DNA from: an uncultured Gemmatimonadales bacterium
GTDB taxonomy: Bacteria > Gemmatimonadota > Gemmatimonadetes > Gemmatimonadales > GWC2-71-9
Reading direction: 5' to 3'
NCBI GenBank assembly: GCA_963762545.1
Contig: CAVXLC010000002.1
Coordinates: 1,120,356 to 1,184,355, forward strand
Length of the DNA stretch: 64,000 nucleotides
Made by a program: the position numbers and the translations under genes. A model generated the notes under the pieces. That model worked only from the letters and a program-made list of their open reading frames with translations, had not been told where the DNA came from and did not search any database. Below, piece after piece: positions 48,802 through 56,771 of the stretch; positions within the stretch are counted from its first letter, which is position 1, and each line of letters starts with the position of its first letter.

Positions 48802-50040
48802 TCATCGGACCGGTCGGGACCGGTTCCGTGCCTCGACAGCGGCCGCGTCTACGAGCGCCAAGAACTGCGGCACGACCACCGACTCCGTCCAACGTTCGCG
48901 GACCGACTTCATGGCATTGGCCGCCAGGCGGGCGCGGTGCGAGGGGTCCTTCAAGAGTCGGTCCAGCAGCCCGGCAAGCTCTTCCGGAGTGGAGAATGTC
49001 TCGCCCGCCCCTGAAGTGGCCACGAATTCAGCTGCCGGGCCGATCCTCCGCGCGACGACGGGAGTCCCTGCGCTCAGCGCCTCGATCAGGACCCGGGCGA
49101 ACGCTTCGTAGCCCACCGATGGGACCAGCACCGCGACCGCGTGCCGGAAATAGCGAGGCAGTTGCTCGGGGGCGATCTGGCCGAGGAATCGGACGTTCGT
49201 CATGCCGGCGGCGAGCCGCCTGAGGTGGGCCCCGTGATCGCCCTCGCCGGCGATCAGAAAATCGGCGCCCGTTAAGCGCCGCCAGATCGGCAATAGGTCG
49301 TCCAACCCCTTGATTCGTTCGAGCCGGCCGGCGAAGAAGAAATACGGCTGCTCCTGCGGCCGTCCCGCCAGGTCACTCCCCAGAGCAGTATCCGGGACAA
49401 AATTTGGCAGGACCACCATCTCCCGCTCCAGCCCGAACTCCCGGTGTTTTTCCCGGCTGAACTCGCTCAACGCCACCACGAGGTCAATCCGGCGGAGCGC
49501 ACGGTTGATGGCCCCGGTATACCGCCAGAGTTGCGGAGGTCTTCGATACGCGAGGACGCAACGGAGGCACTCACGCTGGTCACAACGCTCCCGCCGATGC
49601 CGCCAGAGTACGTGGGTCGGGCAGACCAGCCAGTGTTCGCGCGCCATATACACCGTCACCGCATCCTCTGCCCAGGTAAGGATCCCGGGACCTCCGATCA
49701 GGGACGGGTTGTGGTAGGTGACGACGTCGAAGCGGCCGGAACGAAAGAGTTCGCGGAGCCGGCGGCTGTGGAGCACCGGCCGGCCGAACTGATGCACCAG
49801 CAGCGGCGAGAGTGCCCCCCAGCGGCTCTTGAGCCTGAGCACCCGCACTCCCTGATCATCATCCTCCTCTCGGAGGGGTGGGAGGGGCCCACTGTGGAGC
49901 GCCCCGTAGGCGTCCACATCGTGCACCACGGTGACGTCGTGCCCGCGCCGGACCAGTGCCCGCGAGAGCTGTTGGACGCTGATCGCGTCCCCCCCGAACG
50001 AGAATGGAGGATAGAAGGTGGTCACCATCAGGAAGCGCAC
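48802..50040 (-). CDS. family-4 glycosyltransferase (GT-B) with a four-cysteine insert
   Basis: GTG start directly after the upstream stop. FLMVTTFYPPFSFGG, FFFAGRLERIKG and VPSVGYEAFARVLIEALSAGTPVV (EX7E-type region). Cys pattern CX12CX4CX2C. Confidence 0.85.
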   Translation of the reverse strand: MRFLMVTTFYPPFSFGGDAISVQQLSRALVRRGHDVTVVHDVDAYGALHSGPLPPLREEDDDQGVRVLRLKSRWGALSPLLVHQFGRPVLHSRRLRELFRSGRFDVVTYHNPSLIGGPGILTWAEDAVTVYMAREHWLVCPTHVLWRHRRERCDQRECLRCVLAYRRPPQLWRYTGAINRALRRIDLVVALSEFSREKHREFGLEREMVVLPNFVPDTALGSDLAGRPQEQPYFFFAGRLERIKGLDDLLPIWRRLTGADFLIAGEGDHGAHLRRLAAGMTNVRFLGQIAPEQLPRYFRHAVAVLVPSVGYEAFARVLIEALSAGTPVVARRIGPAAEFVATSGAGETFSTPEELAGLLDRLLKDPSHRARLAANAMKSVRERWTESVVVPQFLALVDAAAVEARNRSRPVR

Positions 50041-51498
50041 CTACTCAGCAGCCTCCGCCGGGACCGGCCGGGTGGACGGTCGGCGCTGCTCTTCGTGATA
50101 CTCGTAGTCGGTGTTCACGGACCAGAGGTCGTATGCTGCGCCCTGCATGTTCCAGACGGCCATCATCGCCGTCAGCATGGAGTGGTCCTGGTTGTTGTAC
50201 TTGTGCATCCCGTTGCGGCCGACGGTATGGAGATTGTCGATCGGGTCAAGCCAGGCCCGCAGCGCATCGAGATGGCGGCGATAGGCTCCGTCATAGATCG
50301 GATAGGCTTTGGGCATCCGGATGACCGTGCCGTCGCGCACCAGCCCCGCCGGGGCCAGACCAAGCTGCTCGAGTTCCCGGGAGGCCAACGCGATCAAGTC
50401 GGCATCGTGGGCCTCCCAGAGCCCGTCTCCCTCGAAGCAGAAGTACTCAAACCCGAGACAGGTCTTTCCCGCCTCCGGCACCATCGCCCGGCTCCAGTTG
50501 TTGAAATTCTGGATCCGGCCGACCTTCACCCCCGGGGTGTGCACGTAGATCCAGTTGTCCGGGAAGAGGTTGTCCCGGTCGAGAATCAGCGCCACCACGA
50601 GAAAGTCACGGTAGCGGAGTCCGGACGCGGCGGCGGCCACCGGCGCGGGAGCGGGAGGATCGAGCGCCCGAATCAGCCCGCGGAGATCGGTCGTCGAAAT
50701 TACGTGATCCGCGACGAAGCGGCGCTCACCCTCTGGAGTCTCCGCCCTGACGGCGACGATACGGTTCCCAACACTTTCGACCGATTTGACGAAATGCTGG
50801 AGGAGGACGCGGTTGCCCATCGCCTGAATCCGGTCGCTGCACGCCTCCCACATCTGGCCGGGCCCGAGCCGGGGATACCGGAATTCGTGGATCAGCGACT
50901 TGATCGCCGAGGGGCGGCGGTTGAGGGAGGCGGCATTGAGAATCGCCCGTTCCAGCGAGAGCCCCTGGATCCGCTGGGCCGCCCACTCCGCCCGGATCTC
51001 GGAGCAGGGAATTCCCCAGACCTTTTCCGTATAGGTCTTGAAGAAGATCTCGTAGAGCCGGCGCCCGAAACGGTTGGTCACCCACTGCTCGAAGTTCTCC
51101 TCCACCGCCGACGGGTAGAGCCGGGCATGGAGGTAGCTCAGCACGATCCGGATCGCATTCCAGATTCCGAGTCCCCGGAGCGCGTTGGCGGCCTTCAGGG
51201 GGTAGTCGAAGTACCGGCCCCGGTAGTGAATCCGGGAGAGCCTGGGGACGGTAATGAACTCGGGGCCGAGCATCTCCTCCCAGAGCTGGGCAACCGGCTC
51301 GATCTTGGTGAAGAACCGGTGACCGCCGATGTCGAATCGGAATCCCCGATACTGTGCGGTGCGCGAGATCCCCCCGACGATCGTATCCGCCTCGAGCACG
51401 GTGACCCTGCATCCTGCTTTGGACAGGAGATAGGCCGCGGTGAGACCCGCCGGGCCCGCGCCGATGACGACGGCGTGGTCCCCTGGCTCAAGGGGCAT
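50041..51498 (-). CDS. FAD/NAD(P)-dependent oxidoreductase (amine-oxidase / UDP-galactopyranose-mutase-like fold)
   Basis: Strong SD (GGAGGA) before ATG 51498. Dinucleotide fold VVIGAGPAGLTAAYLLSKAG, then VLEADTIVGGISRT, RFDIGGHRFF and FFKTYTEKVWG. Confidence 0.8.
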   Translation of the reverse strand: MPLEPGDHAVVIGAGPAGLTAAYLLSKAGCRVTVLEADTIVGGISRTAQYRGFRFDIGGHRFFTKIEPVAQLWEEMLGPEFITVPRLSRIHYRGRYFDYPLKAANALRGLGIWNAIRIVLSYLHARLYPSAVEENFEQWVTNRFGRRLYEIFFKTYTEKVWGIPCSEIRAEWAAQRIQGLSLERAILNAASLNRRPSAIKSLIHEFRYPRLGPGQMWEACSDRIQAMGNRVLLQHFVKSVESVGNRIVAVRAETPEGERRFVADHVISTTDLRGLIRALDPPAPAPVAAAASGLRYRDFLVVALILDRDNLFPDNWIYVHTPGVKVGRIQNFNNWSRAMVPEAGKTCLGFEYFCFEGDGLWEAHDADLIALASRELEQLGLAPAGLVRDGTVIRMPKAYPIYDGAYRRHLDALRAWLDPIDNLHTVGRNGMHKYNNQDHSMLTAMMAVWNMQGAAYDLWSVNTDYEYHEEQRRPSTRPVPAEAAE

Positions 51499-51899
51499 GA
51501 TCCTCCGGCGCTGTCCGGCGGCAGGATCCAATTGCTCGCTCCCAAAGGCACTTCGTTGAGTGACCGCAACAACTCTTGGCGTGGGGCCCGTTTCACCCAC
51601 ATTGGGGGCATCCCGTCCGGGACCGCGCGCGCACAAACCCCGTTGAGATGCGAGGCAAACCATTGAATAACAAGCAGATAGGAAAATGGCGTCTCGGCGC
51701 ATCTCCGCCCCCCAGCCCGCCCGTCTCCGAACGTCAGGGGTTTGAGGAGAGGGGGCAGTTTCCATGCCCCTTCAGGACGCCAATGTCGCGTGGCAGGCAG
51801 CGGGATGCGGCTGAGGCAGCCACGCCTCCTGTGAGACTGCCAGCACATGGGAGGCTCTCGCGGCGAACCAGGACGAATCACTGGCCCACGCAAGGGTGC

Positions 51900-52937
51900 T
51901 CAGTTCCGGCGCTTCGCTAACCCTCGCTCATACAGGAATGCCGCGATATGCTCGGCGATCCACCGGTTCATTGCTGGGGAGTAGTGACCGCCGGGGCGAA
52001 ACAGACTCTGCAACGTGTCGGACTGGAGCTTCAGCGTTTCCGTGGACAGGTCAAAGACCTGGATGCCCCTTTCCTTCGCGCGTTTGATAACGCCGGGAAA
52101 CCGGGCGTTGCTTCCGATGCGGCCATTCGTCGCCAACGCGATAGCGATGAATTGGCCTCCCCGGTTTCTGGTGAGACTGTCCAAACGAGCTAACAGAGCG
52201 ACGCTGACATTGTCGCCATCGTGGTGGATCCGCTCAATAGTGGGAAGGCCTTGCCACCATCGGGGGGCGATTCGACGGAGGACGAGATTGGCGAGATCAC
52301 TGTACCCCAGAACACGACGCAAGGATTGAAGACGGCGCGGAGCCGGCCTTTCGGGAACCGGGACGTTGCGCAGACTGAGTAGACCATTCGCAAGCTCGAA
52401 ATAGGGCTTCCAGCCTCGGCCGTATGGGTAATAGGAGAATTCCGTCCGATTGATGTCGTCCGAAATAAAAGACAGGATCACGACATCCGGTCGATATTCA
52501 TCCAGAAGCGGTTCGGCCCGAAGAACCGCCTGGTCGATTCCATAGGCGCCGACACCGGCGTTGAGCACGCGCGTGTCCAGGGCCGCTTCCAGATGTGCCG
52601 CCCACGTCTCGCTGTCATCCACCTCGTCTCCAAAGGTGAACGAGTCGCCGACCGCGAGAATCGGCCGGCTGGTAGTCGAGATTGATCTGCCGTTGCTCCG
52701 CAGGCCGAATGCGTCGACATCGGAGGTCCAATCACCACCGAATCGACCGGGGCGTGGAATCCAGCCGAGACGGGGATGGTATTCCAGGCGTCCAACTCGA
52801 TTCAGGGGCTCAGCCGTCAAGGACGCAAACTGGAGCACTGTTCCATGATGGATTCGAAGCGCCAACTCCAACCCCAGCATGGCCAGGCACACACTCATGG
52901 CCGCCAGAACGATGCTGTGTACTGTGGACTTCCTCAT
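51900..52937 (-). CDS. membrane-anchored SGNH/GDSL-type hydrolase or acyl-esterase
   Basis: N-terminal TM segment. Block I is ILAVGDSFTFGDEV, block III is LNAGVGAYG, and a C-terminal GGHYSP contains the catalytic His. The gene is visibly A/T-richer than its neighbours. Confidence 0.6.
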   Translation of the reverse strand: MRKSTVHSIVLAAMSVCLAMLGLELALRIHHGTVLQFASLTAEPLNRVGRLEYHPRLGWIPRPGRFGGDWTSDVDAFGLRSNGRSISTTSRPILAVGDSFTFGDEVDDSETWAAHLEAALDTRVLNAGVGAYGIDQAVLRAEPLLDEYRPDVVILSFISDDINRTEFSYYPYGRGWKPYFELANGLLSLRNVPVPERPAPRRLQSLRRVLGYSDLANLVLRRIAPRWWQGLPTIERIHHDGDNVSVALLARLDSLTRNRGGQFIAIALATNGRIGSNARFPGVIKRAKERGIQVFDLSTETLKLQSDTLQSLFRPGGHYSPAMNRWIAEHIAAFLYERGLAKRRN

Positions 52938-53001
52938 CGCATCCTTCGGTCGGGTCCTCTGAGATTCAGCAGCGCCCTGTTCGGCAGGCGAGATCGAGAT
53001 T

Positions 53002-53056
53002 TCAATCTAGCGCCGCCTCCGTCGTTTGTTCCGCTGACGCAGACCCGCTAGATTGA
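53002..53056. repeat. perfect 11-bp inverted repeat TCAATCTAGCG ... CGCTAGATTGA with a 33-nt spacer
   Basis: Read directly, at 53002-53012 and 53046-53056. It lies in the divergent region between the SGNH gene and mqnE. Confidence 0.9.
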
Positions 53057-53092
53057 TCGGCAAGGCAAGTGCCCATCGCCCTTGGAGATAGG

Positions 53093-54286
53093 ATGCCGAT
53101 CCAGCCCGATCCCTCCCGCTTTCGCGACCCGACGCTCCGGCCAATTGCCGAGAAAGTTGTGGCCGGCCAGCGACTGTCGCCCGAGGATGGCGTGGCCCTC
53201 TTCGACACCGATGACATCCTGAGCCTGGGCGAACTGGCGGCCTTCGCCAACGAGCGCCGCAACGGCGACCGGGTCTTCTTCTCCGCCAATCAGCACATCA
53301 ACCCCACCAACGTCTGCATCCTCCGGAACACCTGCACCTTCTGCTCGTTCGCCCGGATGCCGAAGGAGGAGGGGGCCTACACCCGGTCCCTGGAGGAGGT
53401 GTACCACGAGGCCGAGCAGGCGCGGGGCGGTCCCACCCGGGAGTTTCACATCGTCGGTGGACTACATCCCAAGCTCAGGCTCTCGTACTACACCGACATG
53501 ATCCGGGGGCTGAAGGAGCGCCATCCCGATGTCCACATCAAGGCGCTCACCGCGGTCGAGATCGCCCACCTGGCGAGGATCGAGAGGACCTCCGAGCGAG
53601 AGGTGCTGATCGCGCTCAAGGAGTCGGGGCTGACCAGCATGCCCGGCGGTGGCGCCGAGGTCTTCAGCACGGCGGTGCGGGCGAGTATTGCCGAGCGGAA
53701 GCTGACCGGCGAGGAGTGGATCCGGGTGCACCGCACCGCCCATCAGCTGGGGATACCCACCAACTGCACGATGCTCTACGGCCACGTCGAAAGCGCGGCG
53801 GACCGGGTGGAACACCTCGGCATGCTGCGCTCGCTGCAGGATGAGACCGGCGGGTTCCTGACCTACATCCCGCTGGCCTATCACACCGAGAACAACGAAT
53901 TGGGGGAGGAGCTCGGCCGGGTCGGCTCCGCCACGACCGGGTACGAGGACCTCAAGAACATCGCGGTCGCCCGGCTCTACCTGGACAACATTCCGCACGT
54001 CAAGACCCACTGGCCCATGGTGACGCCCTTCATGTCGCAGGTGGTGCTCGAGTTCGGGTGTGACGATGTCGAGGGGACCGTGGTCTACGAGCGGATCTAT
54101 CACCAGGCCGGGGCCACCACCGCCATGCACATGCCCTACAGCGAGCTGGTCAAATTGATCCGGGGGGCGGGCAAACGCCCGGTCGAGCGCGACAGCCTCT
54201 ATCAGCCGATCCGGGAGTCGTTCCTTGATGTGGTGGATCTGCCCGCGGGTATGGGCGCGGCCGCGCCCAGCGTCCACGCCGCGTGA
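53093..54286 (+). CDS. mqnE: radical-SAM aminofutalosine synthase (futalosine pathway)
   Basis: GGAGAT SD before ATG 53093 (alternative GTG 53069). RLSPEDGVALFDTDDILSLGELA, NPTNVCILRNTCTFCSF, GGAEVF, CTMLYGHVE and LQDETGGFLTYIPL motifs. Assigning MqnE rather than MqnC rests on my memory of SCO4494-type sequences. Confidence 0.7.
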   Translation: MPIQPDPSRFRDPTLRPIAEKVVAGQRLSPEDGVALFDTDDILSLGELAAFANERRNGDRVFFSANQHINPTNVCILRNTCTFCSFARMPKEEGAYTRSLEEVYHEAEQARGGPTREFHIVGGLHPKLRLSYYTDMIRGLKERHPDVHIKALTAVEIAHLARIERTSEREVLIALKESGLTSMPGGGAEVFSTAVRASIAERKLTGEEWIRVHRTAHQLGIPTNCTMLYGHVESAADRVEHLGMLRSLQDETGGFLTYIPLAYHTENNELGEELGRVGSATTGYEDLKNIAVARLYLDNIPHVKTHWPMVTPFMSQVVLEFGCDDVEGTVVYERIYHQAGATTAMHMPYSELVKLIRGAGKRPVERDSLYQPIRESFLDVVDLPAGMGAAAPSVHAA

Positions 54287-55113
54287 GCGCCATGCGCCTG
54301 GGCCGGATTCCCTGGATCAACTGCTACCCGATCTACGCCGCGGTGGACCGGGGCATCGTGCCCCTGTCGGCCGAGCTGATCAGCGGCACCGCGGCGGACC
54401 TCAACGACCTGCTGGCCGCGGGGGAGCTGGACGTGTCGGTGGTGTCGGCGGTGGAATATGCCCGCAACGCGGCGGCGTACCACCTGCTGCCCGACCTCGC
54501 GATCACCTGCGACGGTCCGGTGCACAGCGTGATGCTGTTCAGCAAGCGGCCGGTGCACGAGCTGGACGGCGCGACGGTGCTCCGGACCTCGTCCTCCCGG
54601 ACCTCGGTGCTGCTGCTCGAGCTGCTCGCGAAGCACCGATGGCGGGTCCGGCCCAAGTTCGCGACGGTGCGCGCGGAATCGAGCGACCTCGACGCCCTGC
54701 GCGGGTTCCCCCACGAAGCGGTGCTGGTCATCGGCGACGCGGCCCTCATGCTGGCCGCGGATGCCCGCTATCCCTATGTGGCCGACCTGGGCAGCGCCTG
54801 GAAGGACTGGACCGGCCTCCCGTTCGTCTTCGCGGTCTGGGCCGCCCGGCGCGAGGCCGATCGTCGCGAGGTCCAGGGCATCCACCGGGCGCTGCTCGCC
54901 AGCCGGGCCTGGGGCCTCGAACACCTCGACGAGCTGGCCGATCTGGCGTCCGGCAGCACCGGGATCACCCGCGAGGTCTGCCGCGCCTACCTGGCGGACC
55001 TGGACTACGCCCTCAGCTACCGCCACCTGGCCGGGCTGACCGATTTCTTCCGCCGGCTGGCCCAGGACGGGCTGGTGCCGGACGGAAGCCTGAGCTTCAT
55101 CACGGCGGCGTAG
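54283..55113 (+). CDS. mqnA: chorismate dehydratase (futalosine pathway, MqnA)
   Basis: GTGA overlap with mqnE. LGRIPWINCYPIY, ELDVSVVSAVEYA and LPFVFAVWAAR motifs of the VitK2_biosynth/MqnA family. Confidence 0.8.
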   Translation: MSAMRLGRIPWINCYPIYAAVDRGIVPLSAELISGTAADLNDLLAAGELDVSVVSAVEYARNAAAYHLLPDLAITCDGPVHSVMLFSKRPVHELDGATVLRTSSSRTSVLLLELLAKHRWRVRPKFATVRAESSDLDALRGFPHEAVLVIGDAALMLAADARYPYVADLGSAWKDWTGLPFVFAVWAARREADRREVQGIHRALLASRAWGLEHLDELADLASGSTGITREVCRAYLADLDYALSYRHLAGLTDFFRRLAQDGLVPDGSLSFITAA

Positions 55114-55148
55114 AAGAGGGATCCAGGATTGAGGATCGAGGATTGAGC

Positions 55149-56210
55149 ATGAGCGACTTCGTCGATCGAAGCTCCGGAGAATTCAGGGACTACCTGGACC
55201 TCTATGAGCACGCCTCCCTCCTCGAGCTCGGCCGGCTGGCCGATGCGGAGCGATATCGCCATCACCCCGCCGAGGTGGTGACCTACATCATCGACCGCAA
55301 CATCAACTACACCAACGTGTGCGTGGCCGACTGCAAGTTCTGCGCGTTCTATCGCCGGCCCGGCCATACCGAGGGGTACGTGTTGCCGTTCGAGAAGCTG
55401 GGAGAGAAGATCGACGAGTGCAAGGCGCTCGGCGGGGTGCAGATCCTGCTGCAGGGCGGGCACAATCCCTACATCCCGTTCGAGTGGTACCTGGAGCTCA
55501 TGCAGTACATCAAGACTCACCATCCGATCCACATCCACGGCTTCTCACCCTCGGAGATCGTCTTCTTCAGCGAACGCTTCGGCCTGCCGGTCGCCGACGT
55601 GATCCGGCGGCTCCGGACCGCCGGGCTCGACAGCATTCCCGGGGGAGGCGGCGAGATCCTGGTGGACGAGGTCCGCCAGCGCGTCGCCCGGAAGAAGGCC
55701 CAGACCGACGAATGGCTCGGGGTGCAGGAGGAGGCGCACCGGCAGGGTATGAAGACCTCGGTCACGATGATGTACGGCCTGGGTGAAAGCCCTGCCGACC
55801 GGATCGAGCACCTCTTCCGGGTTCGCGAGGTCCAGCGGCGCACCGGCGGGTTCACCGCGTTCATCTGCTGGCCGCTGCAGCCCGAAGGGACGGGGATGGC
55901 CGACAGCCCCAAGACCGATGCGGTCACCTACCTGCGTACGCTGGCCATGGCGCGGATCATCCTCGACAACGTGCCGAACCTGCAGTCGTCGTGGGTCACC
56001 ATGGGTCTCAAGGTGGGGCAGGTGGCGCTCCGGTTCGGCGCCAACGACTTCGGCAGCCTCATGATGGAGGAAAACGTGGTGTCCTCCGCGGGTACCACGT
56101 ATCGGGCCACGATTACCGACATGGAGCGCTCGATCCTGGATGCCGGATATCAGGTGCGCCGGCGCCGCCAGGACTATTCGATGATCGAGCCGGAGCCGGT
56201 GGCGGCGTGA
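55149..56210 (+). CDS. mqnC: radical-SAM cyclic dehypoxanthinyl futalosine synthase
   Basis: NINYTNVCVADCKFCAFYR (CX3CX2C), GGVQILLQGGHNP, GGGGEIL and MMYGLGES motifs. Confidence 0.7.
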   Translation: MSDFVDRSSGEFRDYLDLYEHASLLELGRLADAERYRHHPAEVVTYIIDRNINYTNVCVADCKFCAFYRRPGHTEGYVLPFEKLGEKIDECKALGGVQILLQGGHNPYIPFEWYLELMQYIKTHHPIHIHGFSPSEIVFFSERFGLPVADVIRRLRTAGLDSIPGGGGEILVDEVRQRVARKKAQTDEWLGVQEEAHRQGMKTSVTMMYGLGESPADRIEHLFRVREVQRRTGGFTAFICWPLQPEGTGMADSPKTDAVTYLRTLAMARIILDNVPNLQSSWVTMGLKVGQVALRFGANDFGSLMMEENVVSSAGTTYRATITDMERSILDAGYQVRRRRQDYSMIEPEPVAA

Positions 56211-56223
56211 TTGGCCGCCAGCC

Positions 56224-56700
56224 ATGATCCGGGTGGGGATCGGGTACGACAGCCACCGCCTCGTCGAAGGCCGCCCCTTCATCCTCGGAGGCCAGCGGAT
56301 CCCGTTCGATAAGGGGCTGCTCGGCCACTCCGATGCCGATGCGGTGGCCCATGCCGTGACCGACGCGATTCTGGGCGCCGCCGGCGCGGGGGACATGGGG
56401 GCCCTCTTTCCCGACACGGATCCCCGGTGGAAGGACGCCGATTCCCTCAAGATGCTCCGGATGGCTTGTGAGCACATCGCCCAGCTGGGATTCCATCCGC
56501 TTGGCGCCGACGTCACCATCATCTGTGAAAAGCCGCGCCTCGGCGTCTACAAGCAGGCGATGGCGCAGGCCATCGCCGGCGAGCTGGGCGTCCCGCCCGA
56601 CGCCGTGGGGATCAAGGCCAAGAGCAACGAGGGCATGGGGTTTGTCGGCCGGGGTGAGGGCGTGGCCGTGATGGCGGTGGCCACGGTGGAGGCGCGCTGA
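56224..56700 (+). CDS. ispF: 2-C-methyl-D-erythritol 2,4-cyclodiphosphate synthase
   Basis: IRVGIGYDSHRL and GHSDADAVAHAVTDAILGA motifs. 158 aa. Confidence 0.95.
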   Translation: MIRVGIGYDSHRLVEGRPFILGGQRIPFDKGLLGHSDADAVAHAVTDAILGAAGAGDMGALFPDTDPRWKDADSLKMLRMACEHIAQLGFHPLGADVTIICEKPRLGVYKQAMAQAIAGELGVPPDAVGIKAKSNEGMGFVGRGEGVAVMAVATVEAR

Positions 56701-56771
56701 TCGAACATCTCCTGGCCCGGGCCCTCGAATGGCCTCCGCTCCTGATCTACGTCGTCATTGCCGTCTCGGTC

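Noticed and set aside
51576-51920. Plus-strand ORF of 114 aa inside the 400-nt gap upstream of the glycan operon.
   Set aside because: The translation is Arg/Pro-rich and not protein-like. There is no SD, and the ORF runs into the 3' end of the SGNH gene on the opposite strand.
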